53,534 bases of DNA, taken from an uncultured bacterium (GTDB taxonomy: Bacteria > Patescibacteriota > Minisyncoccia > Moranbacterales > GWC2-37-73). The stretch lies in assembly GCA_903851135.1 (NCBI GenBank), contig CAINNK010000023.1:1-53534 (forward strand), written 5' to 3'. Of the stretch, positions 1 through 8,713 are shown one piece after another (positions within the stretch are counted from its first letter, which is position 1; every line of letters begins with the position of its first letter). The notes beneath the pieces were generated by a model. It was not told the origin of the DNA. It searched no databases and saw nothing but the letters and a program-made list of their open reading frames with translations. Position numbers and translations under genes: made by a program.

Positions 1-110
1 CAAAGATTACAGAAAGAGATGTTTATGAAATCCAAGAAAAATTAAACAATAGACCAAGGAAATCTAATAACTATTTAACACCAAACCAAGTTTACGCACT
101 CAATCAGTAA
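1..110 (+). CDS. IS30-family transposase, C-terminal fragment (5' part outside window)
   Basis: The frame from nt 3 reads KITERDVYEIQEKLNNRPRKSNNYLTPNQVYALNQ, then TAA at 108-110. The LNxRPRK...Y.TPxxV tail is the conserved C-terminus of IS30-type DDE transposases. Confidence 0.55.
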   Translation, partial: KITERDVYEIQEKLNNRPRKSNNYLTPNQVYALNQ

Positions 111-638
111 AAAGGGGCTCTAAATTCTTGAACTTGCTAATGCCAATATTTTAGTCTTTCTTAGCTCTAATTATTATTTTTCATTTTTATTTAAAGTCAC
201 AGATAAGCTTGTAAAAATCGAGCAAAAATAACACTAAAACCATTCCTCTTGTTTGAAACAATAGCATTTTACTATTATAAAAAATCAAATTTTTTGTCTT
301 TTTATTGCCCACAATCTGAACATTCATCGTATTTTGGTTAAAGTACGATAAGGAACTACCCATAAACACTCATCCAAATTTGTTGACAGAATATAATTTA
401 GTGCTAAGATGGAAAAACTTCAAGGTTCAGACAAGAAAAGGCAGTAAGCATCGGGTGCTTGTCTATTCATTTGAAAGCAAAGAAATGCGGGTGAAAATTA
501 TCCAAAATTTTCGAAAGTCGATCAAAGGTGATGCAGCCAACCAGCTACGTCAGTTTTCATCGGCTTTTTTTGTTTGAAAAATTCCAAGCTCAATTATTTT
601 AAATATAATTAATCAAATTAACGTCTAACAACAAAAGT

Positions 639-3167
639 ATGAAGACAGTCAAAAAACTTTTTCGCGCCAATCGAACTGAAAAAGACCTCAGACTAATCAG
701 AAAAATCTACGCATTGCTAACTTTGCCGGTTTTTCTGGTGCAAATGACCTCTTTTAATCTCTTCTTGCTAGCGCCAACCAAGGTTTTAGCTGAAGAAACA
801 ACAGTTGCCGCCGAGGCAACGTCTACTCCTGCGCCTGCGCAAGAGGAAAAGAAAGCTGACGCGCCAACAGTTTCAACTCCAAAAGAACAACCCGCTGCAG
901 AAAATGTTGCACCGGAAGTTAAGACACCAGAAGTTACTGAGCCCGCCTTAAACGAAGAGCCAAAAATTGCGCCAACTGAAACTCCAGTTGTGCCAACCGA
1001 GCCAACTATCGACCCGCAAGCAGCTTCAATTGAAGTGCCAAACACGACACCTGCAACTCCCGAGGCAAGTGTTGCCGAACCTGCAGCGCCACAAACAAAT
1101 GTTGCCGCCTCAGCAACTCAGCAATCAAAAGAACCTTGGTCAACTGAAAAAAGCAAGGCCACCACAAATGACTCAGTAGAACTTGGAAAAACTTATATCG
1201 CTCCGCAAAATGACCAAGTGAGTGTGACTTTCACAAAACTGCCTAAAGATGCCGGCAAGCTTTCTATTGAAGAAATTACTTTGACTGACAAGCAAGTCGC
1301 TTTGCTTGGAGCGCTTTCAAACAAGGCCTACGACATCACTTCTGACATGGCTGACGGAACTTTTGAATATTCCCTAACTTTGCCAAAACCAGCCGGTCAA
1401 AATGACATACAAATCAAATATGCTGAAAATGTAACTGAACTTGAAAATGCAAATTCAATTTCCGGCAGTGATCTTAAGACAAGCAACGACCAAGTTAGCG
1501 CAAATTTGAATCACTTCACAATTTTCGTTGCAACTATCGCAACTTTTTCAAACGACAATTACAATGTCAACAAAGGCTCCTATGCGCAAGGAGAAACAGT
1601 TTTCATTAAAGCCAGTCATCTCAACCATGACAAAAACTACAAAATTGTGGTTAAAAATCCTTTCTCAACTGTCAAATACACTTCTTCTTGTGTTTCTTTG
1701 AGTGAACATGAAACTGCAATCGAAAGAGAATACAAACTTGCCTCCGATGCACCGGTTGGAACTTGGACAACTGAAATAGTTGAATTTTCAAACAGTCATG
1801 AGCGTGGACATGAACACGACGGCGACAATTGCTCAGGCAGTGGTTCAAAAAAAGACAGCGCCACTTTTGAAGTGACTGCGATTTGCCAAGCCAATAGCAG
1901 TGTCTACACAAAAAACAGTGACTTTGCTGATTCAAAAATTTCTCTTGATTTTTCGAGAGATAGAAATTCTATCAGCGTTGCTGCAAAAAGTGGTTACAAA
2001 ATAACCAAAGTTGAACTGGATGTGAAAGATGATGGACATAATGGCTATTTTACCTATGCAAATCATGCAATATTCAATTTCAATCCAGCGCCTGGAAAAG
2101 AAATCGATAACGCCAGAATTACCTTTGAAAAAGATTGCCCTTCTGCAGACAATATTGCACCAACAGTTTCTCAAAATGAAAACATTTTCGTTCAAGCCTC
2201 AAATCCACTTGGAGAAGTGGTGACTTTTGAAACTCCAACTGCCCAGGATAATGTTGATCAGACAGTTGATGTTATTTGTTCACCTGCCTCCGGTTCAACT
2301 TTCCTCTTGGGAACGACAACCGTGACCTGCACCGCCACTGATACAACTGGAAACGTCGGCACATCTTCTTTTGATGTTGTTATCCAAGACACTAGTCTTC
2401 CAGTTTTAACCATCAACGAAGGTACTGACACAATCGAAGTACACACTTCATTTACTGACAGCGGTGCAACCTGGACTGACAACTTTGACGGCAGCGGAAC
2501 TATTGATGCAGCTACCAGTGGTTCAGTTGATACTGATACTATCGGAGATTACACTTTGAGCTATGAATATACCGATGGAGCTGGAAATACTGCTAGTGCT
2601 GACCGCATTGTACGCGTTGTTGACACCACTAAGCCTGTCATTACCTTGCTCGGTGACCCAAACACCAAAATTCATCGAGGTGAAAGCTACAATGATGCCG
2701 GTGCAACTGCCTTTGACAACTACGATGGAGACCTCACTGCTAAAATAGTTGTGACCAGCACCGTAGACTCAAGACACACTGGAGATTTCACTGTTACTTA
2801 TTCTGTAACTGACGCTGCTGGAAACGTGGCCGATCAGGTTGTGCGAAACGTGAACGTGCACAAACAACACCCTGGTAAAGGTGGGAAGAAACACTCAGAA
2901 TCACAAACTGCAACAACCAATCTCTTCAGAACTGGTAACGGCAACAACCCGCTTCTAACTGGAGCAGGAAATGGCCAAGAAAATGTTGCCGGAGCTGCAA
3001 CAGCCAACGAAGATAACGGCGCTGTGCTGGGAGAAAATACCGACAAAAACGCTGAGAATGTTTTGCCAGTTAATACTTGGAAATATGGCATCCTCTTGCT
3101 CATCGCTGCGCTTTCAGCAGGCGGCTATCTTTTCTGGAAGAAACGACATTCAAATCCGACAGTCTAG
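639..3167 (+). CDS. Large secreted/surface protein with HYR-like and DUF5011-type Ig-like repeats
   Basis: 842-aa ORF with an N-terminal hydrophobic signal/anchor and a Pro/Thr/Glu/Ala-rich linker. It has one HYR-like module (VICSPASGSTFLLGTTTVTCTATDTTGN) and two DUF5011-like modules (YTDGAGNTASADRIVRVVDTTKPVITLLG; FDNYDGDL...VTDAAGN). The C-terminus is LPVNT, then a hydrophobic helix, then KKRH. Confidence 0.8.
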   Translation: MKTVKKLFRANRTEKDLRLIRKIYALLTLPVFLVQMTSFNLFLLAPTKVLAEETTVAAEATSTPAPAQEEKKADAPTVSTPKEQPAAENVAPEVKTPEVTEPALNEEPKIAPTETPVVPTEPTIDPQAASIEVPNTTPATPEASVAEPAAPQTNVAASATQQSKEPWSTEKSKATTNDSVELGKTYIAPQNDQVSVTFTKLPKDAGKLSIEEITLTDKQVALLGALSNKAYDITSDMADGTFEYSLTLPKPAGQNDIQIKYAENVTELENANSISGSDLKTSNDQVSANLNHFTIFVATIATFSNDNYNVNKGSYAQGETVFIKASHLNHDKNYKIVVKNPFSTVKYTSSCVSLSEHETAIEREYKLASDAPVGTWTTEIVEFSNSHERGHEHDGDNCSGSGSKKDSATFEVTAICQANSSVYTKNSDFADSKISLDFSRDRNSISVAAKSGYKITKVELDVKDDGHNGYFTYANHAIFNFNPAPGKEIDNARITFEKDCPSADNIAPTVSQNENIFVQASNPLGEVVTFETPTAQDNVDQTVDVICSPASGSTFLLGTTTVTCTATDTTGNVGTSSFDVVIQDTSLPVLTINEGTDTIEVHTSFTDSGATWTDNFDGSGTIDAATSGSVDTDTIGDYTLSYEYTDGAGNTASADRIVRVVDTTKPVITLLGDPNTKIHRGESYNDAGATAFDNYDGDLTAKIVVTSTVDSRHTGDFTVTYSVTDAAGNVADQVVRNVNVHKQHPGKGGKKHSESQTATTNLFRTGNGNNPLLTGAGNGQENVAGAATANEDNGAVLGENTDKNAENVLPVNTWKYGILLLIAALSAGGYLFWKKRHSNPTV

Positions 3168-3218
3168 TTGACTTTTTCCTAAAAAGGTGTATAATTGAAG
3201 TATAAATGTCTCTAAAAA

Positions 3219-3256
3219 GGGCGTTTCACTCGGGTGAAACGCCCTTTTTCTTTTTT
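3219..3256 (+). terminator. Rho-independent terminator after the surface-protein gene
   Basis: Perfect 11-bp stem gggcgtttcac / gtgaaacgccc with loop tcgg, followed by tttttctttttt. An A-run lies upstream, so it could act in both directions. Confidence 0.8.
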
Positions 3257-3260
3257 CAAA

Positions 3261-4133
3261 ATGTCTCTAAAATTGCTCAAAAATGGCTGGTTTTTGCTTC
3301 TGGTGACGCTGATAGTGGCGGCACCTCTTCAACGCTCTCAAGCGGCCATTTTTGACGCCCAAGCAGTCATTAAGTTGGTAAACCAAGAAAGAACCGACCG
3401 AGGCATCGAACCACTTGCGATTGATAAGGAGCTTTCCCAAGCAGCCACAGAAAAAGCCAATGACATGTTCGTGCACAACTATTTCGCTCATGTTTCACCC
3501 AGTGGAGTGACTCCCTGGCAATGGATTGGCCAGAGTGGTTATGACTATTCTTTTGCTGGTGAAAATCTAGCTATCAATTTTACTGATCCACAATCCCAAC
3601 ATGAAGCTTTCATGAAAAGTGACAGCCACAAGAAAAATATTTTGAATCTGAAATACAAAGAAATTGGAGTTGCTGTTGCAACTGGCACCATGAATGGCAA
3701 GCAAACCATTATCACAGTTCAGGAATTCGGTGCCAAGACAACAGAAGCACCAATTGAAAAGACCGTTGCCGGAGTCAGCAGCAACAATCCACCAATAAGC
3801 AAAGTCAGTCTGACAAAAAATTTCCAAAATAATATTTCCTCGATTTTCAACGCTGCAACAGCAAAATTTTCAATACTAGAAAAAAACATCTCCCCAGTTC
3901 CTTTTGTAGCCTCGCTATATATCATAACCCTACTGATTGCCTTTGCTTTCTTTGCCTGCGAAATGTTTGGCACCAATTTTCATTTTGCCATTCACTTCTT
4001 TTCCTTGCACCGAAAACCGAAACTTTTTTCAACAAGTAGCAAAGAACCCCTCCCTTATTCCCCACCTTTTAATTTGGATCTGATTTCCCAGGTTAAAAAA
4101 ATATACCTCACGCACATGAAAATGAAAAAATGA
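3261..4133 (+). CDS. CAP/SCP (YkwD-like) domain secreted protein with C-terminal membrane segment
   Basis: Signal-like N-terminus, then NQERTDRGIEPLAIDKELSQAATEKANDM...YFAHVSP...GENLA...MKSDSHKKNIL..YKEIGVAV, typical of the CAP/SCP family. I use ATG 3261 because GTG 3234 in the ORF track lies inside the terminator stem. Confidence 0.75.
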   Translation: MSLKLLKNGWFLLLVTLIVAAPLQRSQAAIFDAQAVIKLVNQERTDRGIEPLAIDKELSQAATEKANDMFVHNYFAHVSPSGVTPWQWIGQSGYDYSFAGENLAINFTDPQSQHEAFMKSDSHKKNILNLKYKEIGVAVATGTMNGKQTIITVQEFGAKTTEAPIEKTVAGVSSNNPPISKVSLTKNFQNNISSIFNAATAKFSILEKNISPVPFVASLYIITLLIAFAFFACEMFGTNFHFAIHFFSLHRKPKLFSTSSKEPLPYSPPFNLDLISQVKKIYLTHMKMKK

Positions 4134-4220
4134 ACACGGCCTACAAAAATTTAAGACATTTTTGCTTTATCAAAAATCTTCATCAAAAAAACAGGCACCA
4201 CAGTTGCCATCTTCCAAAAA

Positions 4221-4246
4221 ACTCTCCCCCGAAGGAGAGTTTTTTA
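4221..4246 (+). terminator. Rho-independent terminator after the CAP-domain gene
   Basis: Stem actctcc / ggagagt (7 bp), loop cccgaa, then ttttt. Confidence 0.6.
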
Positions 4247-4287
4247 TTTGTCCTGCAGAAAGAATGAGGGAGGCCCTGAGCTCTCTT

Positions 4288-4316
4288 TTGCATTGACAAA
4301 AGTCTCATCCTATAAT
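4288..4316 (+). promoter_or_regulatory. Candidate sigma-70-type promoter for the gmk-like gene
   Basis: TTGCAT, a 17-nt spacer, then TATAAT (4311-4316). An AAGGAG SD precedes ATG 4401. Confidence 0.3.
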
Positions 4317-4400
4317 ATCCTATACGGTTATCTCTCAGCTCTTTATCAGCAAAATTATCCTTAAATCCCAAAACTCAATCCACTCTCAAAGGAGCTCACT

Positions 4401-5006
4401 ATGCTTGTGATTATCACTGGAACATCTGCGAGTGGAAAAACGACGCTCATGAATTTGTTGCAATATGTTTTTGACAACACAGGATTCGTAAAAGCCGTCA
4501 CGACTCGTGCGCCAAGACCAGATGATTCTTCAGAATATGAATATATTTCATCTGAAGAATTCCAAAAATTAATAACCAACAAAGAACTGGTTTCTTGGAG
4601 AAAAGCCAGTACCAATGAGCAACAGAAGGATGATTATTACGGAGTGAAATTTTCAGCCGTTGAAAGGTCGTTCATAGACAATGCAATTTCCATTCGTTCA
4701 GTTACGCCTGAAAATATTTCTGATTGGTATCGATATTTTGGGGAAAAAACTGTTTTCATTCATCTGCTGGCTCCGACTAAAGCTGAGGCCAGACGCAGAA
4801 TGCACAAAAGAGGTGGTCTGAGTGAACCGGCGATTGAAAAAAGAATTCAATTTGAAAAAAATTGGGACCAAGACGTTCGCGCGCTCAAAGAAAATGGCAT
4901 TCTAATCCACCTAATTCCGGCCGGGGCTCTGAAAAATGTGTTTTTTAAGGTTTCTAACATCATTCTGAACTCCAGAATGAAAAGTTTTCTCAAACATAAT
5001 GCCTGA
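4401..5006 (+). CDS. gmk: Guanylate kinase-like P-loop kinase
   Basis: Walker A motif GTSASGKTT and a TTRAPRPDDSSEYEYISSEEF block matching the guanylate kinase TTRxPRxGExxGxxYxF signature. An Arg-rich lid (RRRMHKRG) is present. Confidence 0.6.
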   Translation: MLVIITGTSASGKTTLMNLLQYVFDNTGFVKAVTTRAPRPDDSSEYEYISSEEFQKLITNKELVSWRKASTNEQQKDDYYGVKFSAVERSFIDNAISIRSVTPENISDWYRYFGEKTVFIHLLAPTKAEARRRMHKRGGLSEPAIEKRIQFEKNWDQDVRALKENGILIHLIPAGALKNVFFKVSNIILNSRMKSFLKHNA

Positions 5007-5028
5007 CTCTCAAGAGCCAGGCATTTTA
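4999..5028 (+). terminator. Terminator hairpin overlapping the gmk-like stop codon
   Basis: Stem atgcctg / caggcat with a 12-nt loop, followed by tttt. Confidence 0.45.
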
Positions 5029-5201
5029 ATTTATACTGTTAAAAATGGCCTTCTTGTGGAAAAGCAAGAATGACCAACGCTTGCTTTTTTAGCCGTTTTC
5101 GTGTAATCATTAAAGACAAAATCAAAAAAAGAAAAGGTCTTTGACAAAATAATTTTCAGCAAACAACCATCAACATTTAACCACTATCAGGGAGACATAC
5201 T

Positions 5202-6197
5202 ATGTCACACAACGGTCTTGTTTTGAGGGGCCTGAGATTTAACCCAATCTTTGGGGCCTCAGGGACGCTCGGCAATTTCAACGAAGGTTATGCTTATCAT
5301 GCCTATCTCAAAAAATTGTTTCCGGAGAGTTTTGATCTCACTGGAGCAACTTTTGTTTCAAAAACTACCACAGATGCTCCGCGGGAAGGCAACATGCCGC
5401 TTGATGAGCATTTCCAACCTCGGGAATTTTTGCCAAAATGCATTTATGCTAATCCATTTAAAGGTATCGCACTAAACACAGTTGGTCTCAGCAATCCAGG
5501 TATCAATGCCCTACTCGCAACCGAAAAGTGGCAAAGAATGACGCAGCCATTTTTCATTTCCTTTGCACCGGCAGATGGAAAAAATCTGCAAGAACGTCTT
5601 GAGGAAACAATAGCTTTTGCTAATTTAATCAAAAAAAACGAGAAGTTTTTCAAAGCAAAATTCGGGATTCAGATAAACATTTCCTGTCCCAACATGAATC
5701 ACGATCTCGCCCTTTTCATTAAAGAGGCAACTGAACTTGGCTATGTTTTAAGATCGATTTTGGGAGAGATTCCAATTGACCTCAAAATCAATGCCATGAC
5801 CAAGCTACAAGCCATCAAGGCAATTCAAAAAGAAAGAGCCTATGATTCAATCACCTGCTCAAACACGATTCCTTTCGGGGAAATGCCAGAGTGGATCAAT
5901 TGGAAAAAACTTTTTGGCTCCGATGTTTCTCCTCTGATAAAGAGGGGTTTCAAACAGCCAGGGGGTCTTTCTGGAAAGCCGCTCTTGTCAATTGTGGAAA
6001 GATGGATCAAGGAAGCTCGCGACGGTGGCATCAAAATACCCTTGATTGCTGGCGGAGGCATCCTTTGCCCTGACGACGTTATTCTCTTGAAAAATGCTGG
6101 TGCAAGTGCAATCGCAATCGGCTCAGCTGCATTTCTGCGGCCTTGGAACGTTCAAGCAATCATTCAACAAGCCAACTCAATCTCTTGGAGGAGATAA
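5202..6197 (+). CDS. pyrD: Dihydroorotate dehydrogenase family protein (class 1-like)
   Basis: Motifs NTVGLSNPG, INISCPN, CSNTIP, GGLSGKPL and IAGGGI match the DHODH/DHPD TIM-barrel family. AGGGAG SD upstream. Confidence 0.7.
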   Translation: MSHNGLVLRGLRFNPIFGASGTLGNFNEGYAYHAYLKKLFPESFDLTGATFVSKTTTDAPREGNMPLDEHFQPREFLPKCIYANPFKGIALNTVGLSNPGINALLATEKWQRMTQPFFISFAPADGKNLQERLEETIAFANLIKKNEKFFKAKFGIQINISCPNMNHDLALFIKEATELGYVLRSILGEIPIDLKINAMTKLQAIKAIQKERAYDSITCSNTIPFGEMPEWINWKKLFGSDVSPLIKRGFKQPGGLSGKPLLSIVERWIKEARDGGIKIPLIAGGGILCPDDVILLKNAGASAIAIGSAAFLRPWNVQAIIQQANSISWRR

Positions 6198-6199
6198 CA

Positions 6200-7267
6200 A
6201 TGAAAACAATTACAATTACCAAACCGTTTAACGCCCACGTTCATTTTCGCAGCGGCCAGATGATGCGAGACGTTGTGCCCTACACCGCCCAACACTATTT
6301 TGGTGGTGTCTGTATGGGAAATTTGCCAGGCGATGCAGTCATTGACACAATTGAAAAAAATTTAGCCTACAGAGTAGGTATTATGGCTATTGCTCCATTT
6401 TTCAAGCCAACTGTTCCTTTGATGGTAACCAGTCAATTGCTTGAAAATTGCAAGACTATCATCCCAGCAGCCAAAAAACTTGGCATTCGAGTCTACAAGT
6501 TCATCCCTGGAGGACTCACTACTAATGGAGCTCCTGGCCTGTCACTTTTTGATTTCTACACGCCAGTTTTTCGAGAATTTTTTGAGTTGCTGATTGAAAA
6601 TGATTGTGTTTTTTCTTGTCATTTCGAAGTCGGACTTGATTTGATCAACGACAAAGAACTTGATCCAAGGTGCCAAGAAAAACATGCCATCCGCTTTCTG
6701 CAATATTTGCTTGAAAACTTTCCGAAACTAATCATCGCAGTTGAACACGCTTCATCAAAAGAGCTAATTCAATTCATCAAAAGGTTGCCTCGTCGCTACC
6801 AAATAGGCGTCACCCTGGCAATTCATCATGCACTTATTCTCTATCGCATGGTTGCTGATAGAAAAGGAAACTTCCTTGATTCAAGGCTATATTGCAAACC
6901 AATTGCCAAATATCCAAAAGATCGGGAGGCAGTGATTGAAGCCATGTTTAGTGGGGATCCAAGATTCTTCCTCGGCACTGACAGTGCCCCTCATTTTTTG
7001 GAAGCAAAGATTCTGAAAGCAACTCCAGCCGCTGGCATCTTTTCCGATGTTATCTCACTTCAAAAGTATGCAGAACTTTTCGGTGCTCATGGCAAACTGA
7101 AGTATTTTGAAAATTTTGCTTCAATTTTCGGTCCTGAGTTTTATGGCACAAGGCCGAGCAACGAAAAAATCACGCTCATCAAGGAAACGGAAAAAATTCC
7201 AGAGCTGATTGCTGGAATTCCTGTTTTCTTAGGTGGTGGTGAAACTGCCTGGAGAGTTAAAAATTAA
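6200..7267 (+). CDS. pyrC: Dihydroorotase (E. coli PyrC-like type)
   Basis: MKTITITKPFNAHVHFRSGQMMRDVVPYTAQHY...MGNL parallels the E. coli PyrC N-terminus (DDWHLHLRDGDML..VVPYT...MPNL). GGAGGAG SD lies 5 nt before ATG 6200. The upstream M of the ORF track overlaps pyrD. Confidence 0.75.
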   Translation: MKTITITKPFNAHVHFRSGQMMRDVVPYTAQHYFGGVCMGNLPGDAVIDTIEKNLAYRVGIMAIAPFFKPTVPLMVTSQLLENCKTIIPAAKKLGIRVYKFIPGGLTTNGAPGLSLFDFYTPVFREFFELLIENDCVFSCHFEVGLDLINDKELDPRCQEKHAIRFLQYLLENFPKLIIAVEHASSKELIQFIKRLPRRYQIGVTLAIHHALILYRMVADRKGNFLDSRLYCKPIAKYPKDREAVIEAMFSGDPRFFLGTDSAPHFLEAKILKATPAAGIFSDVISLQKYAELFGAHGKLKYFENFASIFGPEFYGTRPSNEKITLIKETEKIPELIAGIPVFLGGGETAWRVKN

Positions 7268-7291
7268 CAATCTTCTGGATTTCTTAATCAA

Positions 7292-7328
7292 AAAGGCTCA
7301 TCTCTTGTGATGAGCCTTTATTCTTTTT
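7292..7328. terminator. Bidirectional terminator between convergent pyrC and SOD genes
   Basis: Stem aaaggctcatc / gatgagccttt (11 bp), flanked by A-rich and T-rich runs. Confidence 0.7.
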
Positions 7329-7344
7329 TATTTTCACAAAAATC

Positions 7345-7932
7345 TTATTGCGCCTCAGCAAAGCGAGCGCTGGCAACGTGCCAGCAAATGTTCTTCATGA
7401 AGGCTTCGATATAGTCAGCTTTTTTGAGACCATATTGAAGCATGTAAGCATGTTCAAAAACATCCAAAACTAAAATCGGAGTTGAGCCTGCTAAATGCCC
7501 ACCGTCATGTTCATTGATCCACACGTTGTTCAATGCCCCAGTGAAATTATCGCGATACAAAACCACCCAACCAATTCCTCGCATCAATGCAATGGCACGA
7601 AAATGTTTTTCCCATTTCTCGAAAGACCCAAATTCTTCAGCAAGTTTCTTGCCCAAAGACGAAGCACTCTCGAGAGTTGAGCCGCCTTTCATCAGATTTT
7701 CAAAATAAAGTTCGTGCAATCTCATACCATTGAATTCCCAACCGAACCTGCGAGTTGTTTCGGCAAATTCAGGTGTCGTTCCCTTTTCATTTTCAACTAA
7801 CTCAGCTGTCAAATTGACTAATTTATTGATGTTGTTAACATAGCCTTCATACAAAGTGAAATGATTCTTCAGCAGCTCATCTGAAAAACCATCTAACCCC
7901 AAAAGATGCTCAAATTTTTTTATTTCGTACAT
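7345..7932 (-). CDS. Fe/Mn superoxide dismutase
   Basis: 195 aa with H..HH-type N-terminus (HFTLYEGY), WINEHDGG and VLDVFEHAYMLQYG, which is the DxWEHAYY-type metal-ligand motif. Confidence 0.85.
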   Translation of the reverse strand: MYEIKKFEHLLGLDGFSDELLKNHFTLYEGYVNNINKLVNLTAELVENEKGTTPEFAETTRRFGWEFNGMRLHELYFENLMKGGSTLESASSLGKKLAEEFGSFEKWEKHFRAIALMRGIGWVVLYRDNFTGALNNVWINEHDGGHLAGSTPILVLDVFEHAYMLQYGLKKADYIEAFMKNICWHVASARFAEAQ

Positions 7933-7937
7933 AGAAT

Positions 7938-8054
7938 TAGCTTTTAGGAATTATTTTTGTTAGCTTTTAGAAACTAAAGAAAAAAATCCTTTTTATATTA
8001 TAATTTAAAAATTTAAAATTCTAGAAAGCTAAGAAGCTAAAGCCTAAAAAGCTG
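7938..8054. repeat. Intergenic imperfect palindrome built from AGCTTTT / AAAGCT words
   Basis: Left arm has tagcttttag twice (7938-7947, 7961-7970). Right arm is ctagaaagctaagaagctaaagcctaaaaagctg (8021-8054). The centre is AT-rich. Confidence 0.7.
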
Positions 8055-8055
8055 T

Positions 8056-8661
8056 CTATAGTTTTCCAACCAATTTCAATCCTGGCTTAAGGGTTTTTGA
8101 ACCGGGATGCCAGTTGACTGGGCAAACTTCGCTCTTGTGCTCCCTGACAAAAATTGCTGCTTGAAGTTTGCGCAAAATTTCGTCACTGCTTCTGCCAATG
8201 CTGTTGTCGTGAATATCCATGGCTTTAATAATTCCATCAGGATCAGCAATGACCGTAGCTCGCAGTGACAAACCTTCTTGCGAAAGATATGTCCTGAGCG
8301 CTTTGCAAAGTCTGCCTGTTGGATCAGCAATCATCGGGAAAGTTATATTCCTAATCAATGGAGAGTTGTCATGCCAAGCTTTGTGCACAAAAACGGTGTC
8401 AGTACTGACAGAAAAAACTTCTGCGCCAGCCTTTTGAAATTGAGGATAAAGCTCGGCAACTGCGGCCAACTCAGTTGGACAGATGAAAGTAAAATCGGCT
8501 GGATAAAAAATTAACACTACCCACTTACCCTTATAGTCTGCTAATTTTATTTTTTTCATAGCTTCTTTGTGAAAAATTTCCAGCTCCAAACCAGGGAGAT
8601 GCTGTCCAATAATCGGCTTATCGTAAAATTCTTCTATTTCCTCTAGAAAATCTTCATTCAT
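8056..8661 (-). CDS. Peroxiredoxin (AhpC/Prx family)
   Basis: FYPADFTFICPTEL peroxidatic Cys motif and a C-terminal VCPVNW resolving Cys motif. Confidence 0.85.
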   Translation of the reverse strand: MNEDFLEEIEEFYDKPIIGQHLPGLELEIFHKEAMKKIKLADYKGKWVVLIFYPADFTFICPTELAAVAELYPQFQKAGAEVFSVSTDTVFVHKAWHDNSPLIRNITFPMIADPTGRLCKALRTYLSQEGLSLRATVIADPDGIIKAMDIHDNSIGRSSDEILRKLQAAIFVREHKSEVCPVNWHPGSKTLKPGLKLVGKL

Positions 8662-8713
8662 ATGTTTTTTCTTTAAAATTTATTAAGACTCGCAAACTCT
8701 ACTACAAACTCCT

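Noticed and set aside
187-369. 60-aa minus-strand ORF in the IS30-flanking spacer
   Set aside because: AT-rich fortuitous ORF with no SD and no recognisable motif.
380-577. The 65-aa ORF 380-577, or alternatively a small RNA (SRP-RNA-like GNRA hairpin region near 425-470), upstream of the surface-protein gene
   Set aside because: The ORF starts with TTG, has no SD and is a basic low-complexity peptide. The resemblance to SRP RNA domain IV (ggttcag...gaaa...ggcag) is too loose, and the best local stem (gacaag/cttgtc) conflicts with it. I cannot support either call without cmsearch.
3088-3167. Calling the C-terminus of the 842-aa protein a bona fide LPXTG sortase signal
   Set aside because: The motif is LPVNT-W, not LPXTG. 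The architecture is suggestive, so it is kept as a hypothesis in the findings, but it may be a plain TM anchor.
3234-3260. GTG 3234 as the start of the CAP-domain gene
   Set aside because: The GTG and the following codons form the descending arm and T-tract of the terminator hairpin. ATG 3261 begins the signal peptide.
6143-6199. Upstream start 6143 for pyrC, and 27796 for the radical SAM gene, 41631 for thiI, 33253 for the PilX-like gene
   Set aside because: Each extension overlaps the preceding gene or lacks an SD. The internal ATGs have SD sequences and give N-termini matching the protein families.
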